From: Lama glama
Lineage: Eukaryota
Reading direction: 5' to 3'
Assembly: GCA_028534125.1 (NCBI GenBank)
Contig: CM052817.1
Coordinates: 3,226,001 to 3,290,000, forward strand
Length of the DNA: 64,000 nucleotides
The translations under genes and the position numbers were made by a program. The notes beneath the pieces are model-generated. The model saw nothing but the letters and a program-made list of their open reading frames with translations, was not told where the DNA came from and ran no database searches. Below are positions 12,634-25,869 of this stretch, one piece after another (within the stretch, counting starts at the first letter, position 1; each line of letters starts with the position of its first letter).

Positions 12634-14254
12634 GCTCCTCACTGGCATTCATTTTCAAGCGTTTTCTAGCCTTTATCGTACACCTACCGGGAGCCAGATA
12701 TTGTTTGGTGGTTTCTGTCATTCAGTCATTCATTGAACAAATCCTCACCATGTTACAAAATAAGGGTTGTATTTTAGAAAGGATAGATGAGGTTTTGCTG
12801 CAAATTCACATTGCGGTTCCAGCAACCTGACACATCGAAGGCTTACGTTCCGCCCGGCCACCTGTCGGCAGCGAGCTGACAAAGGCTGCGCCCCACACAG
12901 CCACTCCGGGACCCAGGCTCCCGGCCCCTGGCCTCCTCAGGGGTTGGATGGGGAGGGGCTGGAGACTTGCACGTGGGCTTCTCGCATGCTCACCTGGAAG
13001 CAACGCCCCCCGCCCACAGGACCACACCGGCTGGCGGGGCGGGGGAGTGCCGTCAGCCACGCAGCCTCAAAGACAGGAGAACCGGCTGTGGGGGAGCGCC
13101 GCGCAGTCTGCCCCCAGCTTCTCCTGCTCCACGCAGGGGTCCCCCGGGCTGGGCAGCCCAAGTGCACTGCTGTGGTCATGGTAACGGCTAGTGAGTCAGC
13201 AGCAGAACTGACCCGTTCAGCTCCAGATATACCAGTGTATCCTGGTGTAGCTTGTACTTAAAAAAATATGCATCATTAGCAACAGTGAGATGAAAGCAGC
13301 CAGTTAGTGGGGCCACAAAGATAATGATCAGGACTGGCCGCTGTAAACAACAGAGCCCTGGAGAGAATGAAAGGGCCTTTGTTGCGAGGTCTAAACCAGC
13401 CACTGGTCTTTGAAGCTATAAAGGGGAGAAGCTCAAGGCTACACGTGGCGCTTAAAAGCCTTGCCCACGACAGCCCCAGTGGCTTCCTGGTGGCTTTGCC
13501 AATTTAAAGAAGGGTTTTTTTCCTTCCCCATGGCCTGCTGGGGTTTTCTGCTTGTCGGCTGAAATGGCCCTGTGTCATCCTTTGAGGACGTCTCCAGTGT
13601 CCCTTGGATGCTGATACAGAAGACAAGGAAGTGTAACCACTGTTCCAAGTGCCCCAGATAAACACAGGCAGGGCCGGGGAAGGACAGCGGGCGTCTGGAG
13701 GAAGCCCACCCATCTGTCCCCGTGGTGGACACCCCTGGCCACAGACCCAGGATCCCAGTGCTTTGGGGCTGCTTCAGAAAGCCCACCGGGGCAGGGGCGG
13801 GGGCGGGAGGTGGGGACGGAGTTTCTTCAAAGCTAACACCGCCTCCCCCAACATCATCCATCCTTGTGAGCCAGCTTCCAAAGGGCTGCTGGCAAGAGCC
13901 GAAGAGCCTGGCCGAGGCTGACTGGGCTGAAGGCTCAGCCCCAGGAGGCCCCCAAAGTCAGGATGAGTGTACAGTCCTTCCGGGCCAGGACCTGAAGCCT
14001 CCTGTATGAATGGGGCAGGACGAACTTGGGCCTCACTAGCTGGGCTGAAACCCCCACCCCCAAGCCTCCCAGAGGCCCCACGTGAGACTTACCCCCCGGG
14101 ACCATGCCAGATGGAGCAAGGGACCACCAGCCTTGGAGGGAGACAGCCCATCCCGGCTCGCGGATTGTGAACCGCTCACAGGCTGGGCTGTAAAATGGGA
14201 TGACGGCCGCAAGGGTTGGTGAGAAGCCTGAGGCTGTGGACACCCAGGAGCATT

Positions 14255-14400
14255 AGGAAGGGAGCAGGGTCAGGAAGGAGGAGGGGAGGGAAGAACCTCA
14301 GATGGTTTGGAAGAGGGAGGAGGAGGGAAGGGAGGGTAGGAGGAGGGAGGGCAGTTTGGAGGGAGGATGAAGGCAGGACAGAGAGGGTGGGATATGGATG
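14255..14400. repeat. GA-rich low-complexity tract
   Basis: Runs of GGAG/GGAAG. Confidence 0.75.
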
Positions 14401-14649
14401 CTGAGGGCTGGGTCCAGGCCTGGCTTCACCACCACGTGCCTGGAGGCTCCTTGAACTTGTCTCCCCAGCGACAAGTGGGGACATGATGCGTCCCCGATGT
14501 CCCCAGGCATGCTGCAGGGTCAGAAGGCATGGCCACGCCGACACCATTTCTGCAAAACCACTTCTTGCTTTAGACTTTCCAGCAAGCTGCAAAGAAGGTA
14601 TTTCCTACATTTTCAGGTAAGAAAGTTCACTCTGATACACACACAGTGG

Positions 14650-15082
14650 TGCCCTACTTTTTTATTGCTTCTGCAGCAAACGACCACAGATCAAATGGCT
14701 CAAGACAAGACACAGGATTATTTTAGAGTTCTGCAGGTCAGAAGTTGAACCCAGGTCTCACTGAGCTAAAGTCAAGGCGTGGGCGGGGCTGCGCTCCTGC
14801 CGGAAGCTCCAGGGGAAATCTGTTTCCTTGCCCTTTCCCAGCTCCCAGAGGGACCCGCATTTCTTGTATTTCCTGTCTCCTGGCCCCTCCTCCATCTTCA
14901 AATCCTGCCACGTCCTTCCAAGTCCGGTCTCCCTCCCACCATGCCCAGAAACCATCTCTGCTTTCAGGGACCCGTGAGATTGGATGGGGTCGCCGGGATC
15001 CTCTGGGATCATCTTTCTGCCACAGCGGTGGGTGACACAGGCAGTGTTCCAGGGAAGTGGGGCCGTGACTCTGCCTTCCAAA
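14650..15082 (-). mobile_element. MaLR LTR, MLT1C/D-like
   Basis: agttctgcaggtcagaagt, gagctaaagtcaaggcgtgggcggggctg, ctccaggggaaatctgtttccttgccctttcccagct. Confidence 0.8.
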
Positions 15083-15399
15083 GTGGGCTCTACAACCAGT
15101 GTGTAAATATGAAACCAAACGCCAAGCGGCCATGCTCACAAACTGTCGGATGGGAAAGGGGCAAGGGACCCAGGTCATCCAGGGCAACCTGTCCTGTGGG
15201 CAGGGCACGAGCTTAGAGCTCAATCTAGATCCGCTCAGCCCCCTTCCACAGGCATTTGCTGTGGGCCTCCTGTGCTGGGGGCACCGTTAGGCAACCACTG
15301 TCCTGCGCCTCTGGTGGAGCTCAGTGGTGGCCGCCGTGAATCTGACAAGTGAATGGAGGTCTCCAGGGCAGTGATGCGACCATGGGACGAGGTGATGCT

Positions 15400-15565
15400 G
15401 AGCTCGGCCCCATTCCTTATTAGTGGTGTGACCTTGCCAACTTCTCTCCCGCCTCAGTTTCCACATCTCAAAAATGGGTACATTGACCTACCTTCCTGAT
15501 CCACAGTGTTTGGGCAGACCAAGTGTGACAAAGCATGTGAAAACGATTCACAAGGTACCCGGCGC
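15400..15565 (+). mobile_element. MIR SINE
   Basis: tgtgaccttg...gcctcagtttccacatctcaaaaatggg core. Confidence 0.7.
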
Positions 15566-16104
15566 CCCACCCCCAGCCCCTGTGAGGAGGGCCAAGTCCC
15601 TGGACTCCTGGGCCAGTACGCTTTCTTCTCCTAGGAGGTGACCTAAGGATCCACAGCCCTCTCCTCTTAGAGTTAGCAAACAACTGAGAGAATCCATTGG
15701 CAAGATGAAAGCGAAGCCACGAATATGCATGACTCAGGGAGTAATCAAACACCCCGAATCCTTTCCAGAAGGGATCGCAGCATAATTTTGCACCACATAC
15801 TTAAATTCAAATTAGTCATTATTTAATGTTGGGACAAATCGCAGGAGAAGGTCATGTTTTCAGTTTAAGGTTTCTTTCTTAATAAGTGAGACTGACTCCC
15901 CAGCAGGGTACACATACCCCAGTAATGCCTTGTTTCTTCCTCTTACTCTATTCATGCTGAAGAGATGCACCCTTGAAACAGCGCTAAACAGAAGCTCCCA
16001 TCTTTGGCTTTATTTTATCAACGCCCACCGGCCCTCCCTCTCCACGTCTCCTCACTCCCCCTCCCCATCCGTGCACACACAGATCCACCGAATCTCCATG
16101 TTGG

Positions 16105-16345
16105 TTTCCAGACAAATCCAGATGGTCTGGGTTCAAATCCTGCTCTGCCATTTCCCAGCTGTGTGACCTTAACTGTATCGCTTAACCTCTCTGAGCCTCA
16201 GTGTCCTCATCTATAGAAGGGGGATAATAGTAGTTCCTACTACGCAGGTCACCGTGACGATTACTATATGCAAGATACTTAGGACAGTGCTTATCACAAG
16301 GGTACACAGCCCATAATGTCACCTGTCATTACCATCGTGCTATTA
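16105..16345 (+). mobile_element. MIR SINE, near full length
   Basis: ctgggttcaaatcctgctctgccatttcccagctgtgtgacctt...ctctctgagcctcagtgtcctcatctat. Confidence 0.85.
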
Positions 16346-18539
16346 TTGCTACTATTACTAATACAGCCAGGCACTGATACCCCGTGTTCCAAGCCCCAGG
16401 TCTGTCCGCCGTCGTTGTCACCGCTGTATTTCACCCCTGGGCTATTGCAAGGGCCTAACTGGCCTTACAGGTGGAATTTGTGAGCTTCCACCAGGAGAAG
16501 CCCAGACTCTGAACACTGTTCAGTGTCCCCATAGTCTCACCTGCCCTGCCTTTCACCACATCCCCTGTGCACCAGGCTCGCTGAGGGGTTCACCATCTCC
16601 CAAACAGGCTACATTCTTTCAGTCCTCTGCACCTTTGCACATGCTGATCCCTGGGCCCACAATGCTTATCCACTTATCTCTGAACTGCCAGCGACTGCAC
16701 CCCCTAGAGAAACAACTCCATTTCCATGTCCTCTGTGAAGTGTCCCAACCCAGGCTGAGTTAGTAGCCAGCAACTCTGTGCTCAGAGAGAAAAGGAACAG
16801 AACAAAACAAAAGCAAAATAATATGTAAGTCTTGCCCACACTGTTGACTGACCACTGTGTTGTGGATGGATGGATAGATGGACAGACAGCCTCATCCTTC
16901 TCTGGGGCAGGAGCCCCCACTAGCTTCCTCCTTAAGGCACGTCTAACACCAGCTTTCCAAGATGGAAAACGAATGCATTTACAAGGACTTTCACACCTAA
17001 TTACTGTCCAGTGTCTCGGGACAAGGCGAGCCCTTGCAAGTCTCCTGAAATGCCATCGGAAGGGGGTCCAACCACAGATGAAACCTCGGTGTTCCGGGCA
17101 TCTTTCAGCAGATTCCAAAGTGGGTTCCCCACTGTAGCTCCCTTAGCATCAAATCGACCCTAAATGCTCTGGAGAGCTGGTTCTTCAGGTCGTCAAATGT
17201 GCAGGGGCCAGAGTGGACCCCAGGGCCTGTCCCCCAAGCCCAGTGACCCCAGGAAACACGGAGAGATTTCCATGAACAAGAGGCCACCTACACAGAGTCC
17301 AAGTTAAAATACAGCCTTTCCTTCTAATGAGAAACAAGTCAGCCCCAAATGTTCCATCAACCTAAAGAAACCCAAGGCTAGCTTCGCCTGAGACATTTCA
17401 CAGCGCCTCCATCCAGCGCGACACTTGAGAAATGGGAAGTCAAGTCAGTGCAGCCTGCAGCTGAGTGAAAAGGAAGGACCCGCCCACCACAGGCGCTCTC
17501 ACTCATCACAGCCGTTTCCTCAGTCAGAGACCGGACGGGTGGCCGCTCCCCCTCCAACGCCCGCTCACTCCTCTCTGGGGGCCCGGGACGGAGGACAAAG
17601 GACACTGTAGGCTGTCAGATAGACAGAAAAACTCTGTCCCTGGGGGATGTGACAAATCCTGTCGGACTACTTTTTACAGTTAAAGAAATTGGCTTTAAAG
17701 GCCCGATAACGTGCATCCTGTTGTTACAGGAAAGCAATTCATCTTTTTTCGTTGTTGCCACTGAGATGACAAATTGATTCTTTAAAAAAGAAAAAGTCTG
17801 CTCCATCTCCCTGAGGATAGGCCAGCTCATGAGAATGTGGTGGTGCTCTAGAGAGAGGGTGCCGGGAGTGGTCTCAGCACAGGCCAGCCCTGCTCGGGGG
17901 ACCCCCCCCCCCACCTGGACAGGGGTGGGGCCAGCTGGGATGATGTCATCCAGATAGCCGCTGCAGCAGGAAGTGGGGGCGGCGGGACAGTGACTGGCCA
18001 CTTAGTATTTTCAAAGTGACAGGGAGACAGGTAAGCACACTGGAGACCAGCTCGAAGCTGTGCCCCACCTTTACCCCTGCTGTGAGCACCAGACAGGGTG
18101 CCTCGCGGGGGTGCCTCCAGGCAGACTGGGTCTCTATGGAAACCCCATGGCCAACCCACCACCCCATTGACCAAGTACCTGCTCAGATCAGTCTCATCCT
18201 AATCCTGGTAATAGTATCAGAAGGGCAGACCCAGCTCCGCCTGCAGTCACAGACCTGCTGAGCAGGTGGCTGTTACCTGAAACCTGGAAACTTTCTGCCT
18301 TACCCTCTTCTAACCCAGAAACTGCACATCTGGGAGCTGTGGCACGTCCGGCCACCACCCAAGAGCAGATGCATTTCTACGCTATTCTGAGTGGCTGTCT
18401 GGTTCTGCTGGCACTCCTCTGGCGACAGGGCATTCACTCCCTCCCGGCCCTAAACATCCCATGTCTGAACATCCATGGCTGCTAAGAGATTGCTCCCATG
18501 CCTCTGCCCCCAATTCAAAGCAGAGTGTTCTTCGGAGGG

Positions 18540-18745
18540 GAGAGCGTGGGCCCTGGATACTGCACGCTGGGTTCGAATCCCCCCTCTGCATTTATTGGTT
18601 GAATGGGCTCGGATGAGTTACTTACCCTCCCTGGGCCTCAGTTTCCTCATCTCGGGACAGGGTGCCCAGTGGTCCCTGCCTTGCAGGACTGTCCTGAGGA
18701 CTGACTGTGTTTCCAAGGGCATTTAGAACCGGACCTATGTATTGG
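18540..18745 (+). mobile_element. MIR SINE
   Basis: ctgggttcgaatccc...gggcctcagtttcctcatct. Confidence 0.75.
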
Positions 18746-18819
18746 CAACCATCCCAGAGGCCCCTATCATCACACTGAGGCTCAAAGGCCTTCAAAACTT
18801 TTTAAGAATAATGTATGTC

Positions 18820-19460
18820 TGAGATATAAATCCCCAAAGAATTGAAATGATACAAACACACACGCGTATACATTCACAGCAGCCCCGTTCACAAGGCCAA
18901 GAGGTGAAACGCCTGCATGTCAGTCAAATGATCAGTGAATAAACAAAATGCAGTGAATCCACGCAAGGGAATATTACACAGTCATGAAAAGAAATGGCGT
19001 GACACCTGCTACAAAACGGGAGAGCCTTAAAGAGACGACACTGAATGAAAGAAACCAGATGCCAACGGCCACATACTCTGTGACTCCATTTCTATGCATG
19101 GTCCTGAACAGGCAAATCCATAGAGACAGAAAGCCGATTACTGGTTGCCAGCAATGGGAGGGACTGCTTCCTCGACGCGGAGGGTCCTTCTGAGGAGATG
19201 GGCACCATCTTGGAGCGGGACAGAGGTGGCAACTGCACGACATCAGGAAGGTACTCAGTCCCACAGAGCTGGTCACGTAAGACGGTTAACTGCGCGGGGA
19301 GGGTGCCGCCCGGGGCAGCGTGCGTGCTTAGCATGCAGGCCGTCAGTCCAATCCCCAGTCCCTCCATTAAGAAAGCATGAACCTAACTGCCTCTCCTGCC
19401 AACCCCCCAAAACAAAACAAGTTAATTGTATGTGAATTTCACCTCCATTTAAAGAAAAAG
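18820..19460 (+). mobile_element. Old L1 3' end, L1MB-like, interrupted by a SINE
   Basis: Degraded ORF2 end, then caggcaaatccatagagacagaaagccgattactggttgcc and terminal tgtatgtgaatttcacctccatttaaag. Confidence 0.8.
19292..19420 (+). mobile_element. Camelid-type tRNA-derived SINE, diverged, inside the L1
   Basis: Shares tgcttagcatgca, caatccccagt, ctccattaa and aacctaa with the two other copies; flanked by GTTAACT/GTTAATT, a probable TSD. Confidence 0.75.
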
Positions 19461-20369
19461 AATATTATATAGTGATACCAATACAGATCCAGTCCTTTCT
19501 TCCCAATTAGAAGACACACAGGCTAATGACTGACAAAAGAAGAAAGTAAGAATGAGATATATTCACATGTTGAAGCATTTCCCCTTCGTCTTTTTTCTTT
19601 GTGTGTACATTTCATGTTGGGAAAATCAGGGGACCGCCCTGCCTGCTTTTGGTTCCAGCTTTTTCACTCGGGCAAGTTCCCGTGATCGTAAATATTCTTT
19701 GAAACACGCCTGTAAGCGAGTGAACACTTAGCCGTCGCGTGGGCACAGCCCAGACTGTTTCACTCAGCCTGTGTTCACCCTCGGAAGTGCTGCTGCGATG
19801 GGCCCGGAACCACCCCTCCCCACGGCCGGGCCCAGTGCTGGGGCGCTCACTGCCCGCACGGTGACCTGGGTCAGCAGAGCTGACCCTCCGTGCCGTCAAG
19901 GAGGCTTTTCTGAGAAAGGGACCTAAAATCCGCTCACTTGAGACTCTAGACAAACCTCTCACCGCCTTTTGTTACATTTCTCATCCTTCCTGAGACCTGG
20001 GGGAAGGAGTGGGGGCTGAATCTCTGAGCACCTCTTGCTTATCTCCGCGGGCTGAATGTCACCTGCTGCTTTGATTATTCTCAGCTCTGAGCGTGGCCGG
20101 GCTGGCCCCGGGGACACCAGCTGGGCAGCCGGTGGGGGAAGTGGGGTGGGTGTGCATGGTCTCTCTTCCCCTGGGAGAACAGTGGGGGCTCACGGGGAGG
20201 GGGAGGGAGGCCCTACTATGTGCCCAGCAGGGCTGGGGAAGAGATTTCTGCCCTTGCTTTGTGTTACAAGAAATGATTTCTAGATTTCTCCTAATAATAC
20301 TGTGCATGGAAGACTGGAGGCATTTGAAATTTGTTCTAAGGGATTGCCCAATAAAATTCCCTCCACAGC

Positions 20370-20475
20370 CCTGGGAGGTAGCCACCATGATCATCCTCAT
20401 TTTACAGACGAGGAAACAGGCACAGAGAGGTGAAGTGACTTGCCCAAGGGCACTCAGCAGAGCCAGAGCTCACAC
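20370..20475 (-). mobile_element. MIR SINE
   Basis: cattttacagacgaggaaacaggcacagagaggtgaagtgacttgcccaagg. Confidence 0.85.
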
Positions 20476-21489
20476 GAGTACATCTAGCCGCATCACTGGG
20501 TCCTACATGCTCCACTGCATGACCCTAACCGTGTGGGATGGGCATTTCCTAAGGTCCAGCCTCCCTCCACCCCCGAATACTGACAGCCGACATGGGAACA
20601 CAGCAGAATTCCAGCCAACTGCTGCACTGGAACACCATTTGAGCTCAAATATGGCCAGATAAGCCTTATGGCTGCCTGTGGGCCGCCCTCGTCCTGCAGT
20701 CTTCTCTTTCCTCAGCCTCGCTGTTGTGATGGAGAGCTTAATGATGTGCAGAAAGGAAAGGCTTGGGGGCTTTCAATTACCTGCAATTAATTATCTGTGG
20801 AACAGCGCAAAACCACAAGCAGAGCTCAGCAGATGGAGAGATGCTGGTCTACCGTTTTGGCAGGAAAAAGAGCAACGATCAAAAAGTCAACACTCCTGGC
20901 TTCCAGCCCCTGGCTGGCCACTTAGGGAGGTGTGACCATCTCAGGCTCCGTGGAGAAATGCTATCAAGTAGACGGCCCACCCTGCCCAGCCCCCAGGTCC
21001 TGGCATCATCGTCAGTGTTCGGGGCTTGGCTGCCCTGCTGTGTGGGCGGTTCTCAGAGCCTGTGCACAGACGGGGCCCTAGGACACGCCAAGACTTTCAA
21101 GATCATGCCCATCGGAAACGGCAGGGCCATTCCGCTACCGCGGGGGCTGTCTGCATGTGGCCGGAGCACCACTCCAGACCCTCCCATCAGGCTCTCTCTT
21201 GCTAAGTCTCCTGGGTGACAAAAGCTCTCCAGAAACACGTGGCAGGAGCTGGGGGCTCTGGGAAGGGACATCCTGGCAGGAGGCAGATGGCATGCTGGGT
21301 TTGTAACTTCTCGTGAATTCTCCAGGACCAGAGCGGGAGAGACACATTAAGGAGAGGCAGCTTGGCTCCGGCCAGTGGAACTGTGGACACCACGGACAGG
21401 GCTTCCAATGCTGATGCCGCCCTGCCAGGGCCCTGAGGATGGGAGGGACTCAGATCCAAGCAGACAGCAGGTGGGGTTAAGAAAACCTA

Positions 21490-21635
21490 GGGGAGTGTAT
21501 AGCTCAGTCGTAGAGTTCCATGCTTAGCATGCACAAGGTCTTAGGTTCAATCCCCAGTGTCTCTGCTGAAAAAAAAAAAGTAAATAAAATCTAATTATCT
21601 TCCCTCTACCAAAAGAATTTAAAAAAGGAAAAGAA
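21490..21635 (+). mobile_element. Camelid-type tRNA-derived SINE with TSD
   Basis: A box (tagctcagtcg), B box (ggttcaatccc), A-rich tail; perfect 11-bp TSD AAGAAAACCTA at 21479-21489 and 21636-21646. Confidence 0.9.
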
Positions 21636-24600
21636 AAGAAAACCTACACCTCCCTTCTGCTGTGGGTAACAGTCTCCCTTGTCAGCGATGAGTAACGAGA
21701 GAAACAGAAGAATAAACAGCATGGTGCTTGGGAAAGGATGCCGCAGCCGAGCTAAAGGAACGTTAGCCTGAGAGTTCAGAGAAAGGTGTTTCCATCTCTG
21801 AAACCTGAGTAAAATGGAAGGAAACTTCCGGCTGGGATGTGAGAAGACACAGGCTTTCAGAAAGAGAAGACGGAAAGGAAAACCTCAGAGTAAGAATGGA
21901 ACTGAACTGTCGAGGGTGGCGGGCAGGGGGAGGGGGATGGAGGAGTCAGGGACATCACAGAAGCACCTGTGAAACGCCCCCGGAGCAGAAGACAGATAAA
22001 TGACATCAACCCGAGAGGTAAAAGTGGCCTCATCAGAGCACAGATTGGAAGTCCTCCGGAGGACGCAGCCAGAGCAACGGTAAAGAGGGAACGACCCGGA
22101 GACAAGGAAGGGAGCCTGCGGGTCAGAGCAGCTCATGTGCGGGAGAAGGTCGTGACGTCACACCTATCCTGGCGCGTGAGGATATTTCACCCTGAGGAGG
22201 GCGACAATCAGGCAAGGTGAAGGGACGTCAGACTGGTGGGAGGTGCCCCTGTAACGCCAAGCACCAAGCAAACAGAGCGCCCCAGACGGGATGCTTGAGA
22301 GACACAGGGTGACTCAGAAATCTACATTCACACGTTGCCATTCGGCTGTGCTGGGGTCGATGAAAGGAATGCTCAGGAGGCACGGCCAGCCCCCCGAGTC
22401 AGAGAAGCCTGACTTTGTCCCCATTTCTGTCCCCATGCCTCGTCCTGGCATGACCCTCCCCCAACTCATCCCAAAACAGTATTTCAGAATAAATTCCAAG
22501 CAGCTAACTCCACAACGGGAGGGACCAGTATAACACCGCCGTGAGGAGGCATTCATCTACAAGGCTGCCTGCACAACTGTAGCAAATACAAACACAGAGG
22601 AACAGAGAGGCTGCAAGTGATGCTTGAATGCAAAGCTGTACGATGAATAAGGAATCATTTAATGACCATCAGCTGGAGACTGTGCCTGCAGTCCCCAGGG
22701 TCCCCTGGTAGCCCTGTTATCTGTTCTGGAGTTTCTGCAGTGCCTGGGACACCAGAGGCAGATGGAAAGACGGGAGCAATGATTTGCCTGATGCAGGGAG
22801 GAGGGCTGTCCTTCATCTCCGTGGGGGCCACAGGGAGCCTCCTGAGGGTCTTCTTTCTTCTGGCTGCTTCTGGGACCAGGGGTCCCCGCTCACACATGCT
22901 GGCCCAAACCCCCCCTTTGAAGTCCTCTGGCTTTGAGCTGCCGCTGCAGGAAGGCCACTCCACTGCAGGTGACAGTGCAGCCAAACTCTCCCTGAGCCAG
23001 CGCCCACACCCCCACATCAGGGGGAGGCACGCGCCTTCACAGCCCATTACGTCCACTGTCTGCGCCAAAAATACGGCCCTAAAGGGAAATGACATTCTTC
23101 AGTTTCATACTCTCAGATCTTTGCTTTCCTCCCCGCCCCACCCCCAATCTTCTTGTCCACCCAAGAAAGCCATTTTGAGCACATAGCGGACGAGAGCCAC
23201 GTCAGTCTTCCCTCCTCAGTGTGCGCACACGGAGGAGCCAGGTGGCACCGGGGATCACAAGGGACTGACACCACAAATTGCACCCCCTTTTGTGTTTTGC
23301 AACGTGCTTCCCTTATTTTGACATCCCCTGGTGCCTGGCATCGGAGGCTATAAACGGAGCCCTCATATTAGGCCAACAGCATCGGCATTCTCAGTGCAGC
23401 TGGGTGCCAGCAGCATGGACTTCACTTTGGAAAACTCACCCACAGTCTGCTGAGCACTGCAGAATCATGACACTCTTGGAACTCCGCCTGCAAACCTATC
23501 CAGGCTGGGGCTCACTCCCTCCGGTGGAGCCCCGTGTGGATTCGGGGTTTCAGCCCTGGGCTGGGGAGGGGAGGCAGACACGTGATCTCACTGGCACTTT
23601 CTGTGTCTACCACATCCTTGTTCCTTGGAGCGGGAGCAGCAGGGGGACTGACTTACCACTCAGAAAACCTGAATTGTCCCCATTCCTGTCACTGTAGGAC
23701 TTTGGGAATGTCCCTTACGTTCCCCAGACCTCAGCAAGCGTCCTGTAAGATGAGGGTGGACACCAGGGAGTGTCTAAGTTCCTGTCTAGGACCAAATGTC
23801 AATTAAGCATCTCCCTTTCAGCCCATCATGGAACAAAAGCATCTTTTTCCGAAATGCACTCTCTCCATTTCCAAAGCATGGCCAGTGCTGGACACAGACC
23901 CAGTTGTAGCATCAGGAGAGGGTGCTTCCAGGATGCCCATCTCCCAGCTTTATCCATGCTCCCTCCATGCCCGACTCAGAGGCCACTGGAATTCTCATTC
24001 CCTTGTCATTGAGGAGAAGGAACCACCCTCCTTATCAGCAACAGTCATTTGTTACTAATAATGACAACAGTTTATCCCACTGGCATTTCTGGAACACCTG
24101 CCATGTGACAGACATGATGCTGGAGCCAGCATATGCAAGAAGATGGAGATGCTGCTGTAACACAAACACTTTACGTTAGAGTCTGCAGAGCTCGTCCACA
24201 GACAGTGTCTCAGGCCTCAGCAGTCCACCTCTGGAGCAGGTCTTATGAGTCCTACTTTACTGATGACAAGGGGAGGACGAGACGTCGGGGCCGCACATAA
24301 GACACAGCACATCAGAGGCAGAATCAGGTCTTCCAGCCCCAGGCCCCATGCTCCCCACACTGCACTGAGGTTGAGGATGAAACGGACCACACATGAGCCT
24401 CGAGGGTGCAAGGAGGCCTGGGCTGAGGGTGGAGCCTGGGGCAAAGTCCTGCTTTGCTGTTTCATGGTGGGTGACTCGTGCCAACTGAGTCCATGTTCCA
24501 CCCTGTTTCATTTAAGTCCTCTAGACAGTGGAGGGGGGTTGGAACTCATGACCCTTAACGTCTTATCCAGAGACAACCACCATGACGCCTACCTTATCTC

Positions 24601-25287
24601 TGACGGCACCACTCAGATCACAAGGATGGGAGACTCAATGCTTGGGAATCACTCCAAACACTAGGACGCACCTGAGGTGGGGTCAGACGGTGATGAGTAG
24701 ATGTGCTGGGCTTTTCCACAACCCCCGCATCTTCCCGCTGGCAGCTGCTATTCCCCAGGCTGATCTGTTATAGATCTGTCCCAGCACAGCCATTTCTGGG
24801 CAATTCTGTGGAGCAGGGTTAAGTTTGCCAAGGTTCTCAGGGACACAGAGCCAACTGTCTCCATGTCAACAAATAAGTATCGAGCATCTGCTGCTTGCCA
24901 GGTGCTGGAAAAACATAGCCCCAGGTTCAACAGATGAGCCCAGGTGGACGAGGCCTGACCTAAGGGGCGCCCATGTGTAGGGAGGGCAGAGACAGGATCT
25001 GAGTGGCTGTGATCAGCTGGGCCAGTCAGACTGCTTCCAGGCTAAAACTGCAGCTGTAAATGAGAGTGGGACTGACTGGCCCAGGCAGCGGGGCTTCCGT
25101 GGGAGGGGCATCCAAGCAGAGGCTGCACATGCTCTCCTGGACATGGTCTACCCAGAGAGGGGGAAGTTGAAAGACATCAATTATGCCTCAGGGGTCTCTC
25201 AGTCTCAATCTTCTGTGACTCCTTCATCTTTAACAACATTCTACATAATGATGCAAAACCATCTAGACACCAACTACCTGGTGATGG

Positions 25288-25807
25288 TGAGGCGGGAAGC
25301 CCCATAAAAAAGACCGGCAGGACCCCCAGGCAGGACCACTAGTCTCCTGCCAGCACCATCTGGTTCCCTGGCCGGGAACTTTTTGCCTCTGAAATAGCTT
25401 ACTTACCCCTAAAATTCTATTGATTTCCTGAGCTCACTCCTGATTGGTTATTTCCTTCACTCTTGATTGGTTCATTTCCCTAACTTCTGATTGGTCCATT
25501 TGTAGTACTTCAGTTGCATGGATCTCACTCCTGATTGGTCCATTTCTACAAAGCTTGTTCCTAATTAGTCAACTTTCTTTATACCTCATTTGCACATGAT
25601 GTTGCAAAGTGTAAACTGGCAGCCTATAAAAGCCAGTGTAAACATACAGATGGGGTCCAGATTTTGGAGTGTTAACTCCTCTGGGCCCGCTGGCGTAATA
25701 AACCTGAGTTGTCCAACTCTCCAAGTGCTACTTGGTCTCTCACCTGGATCCAGGTTGCTGTCACAAGTGAGCTGTAACACTGAGCTGTAACACACTTTTC
25801 CACAACA
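25288..25807 (+). mobile_element. Intact-looking ERV1-type solo LTR
   Basis: TG...CA termini, exact 4-bp TSD ATGG (25284-25287, 25808-25811), four TGATTGGT repeats, TATAAAA 25625-25631, AATAAA 25697-25702. Confidence 0.9.
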
Positions 25808-25869
25808 ATGGGTCAGTGAGTTGTGATACATGCACAGTTTATTTAACCATTATTGTAAGGGACTGAAGG

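Noticed and set aside
21490..21565. tRNA-like sequence (also near 37195-37268)
   Set aside because: SINE heads with A-rich tails and TSDs, not tRNA genes.
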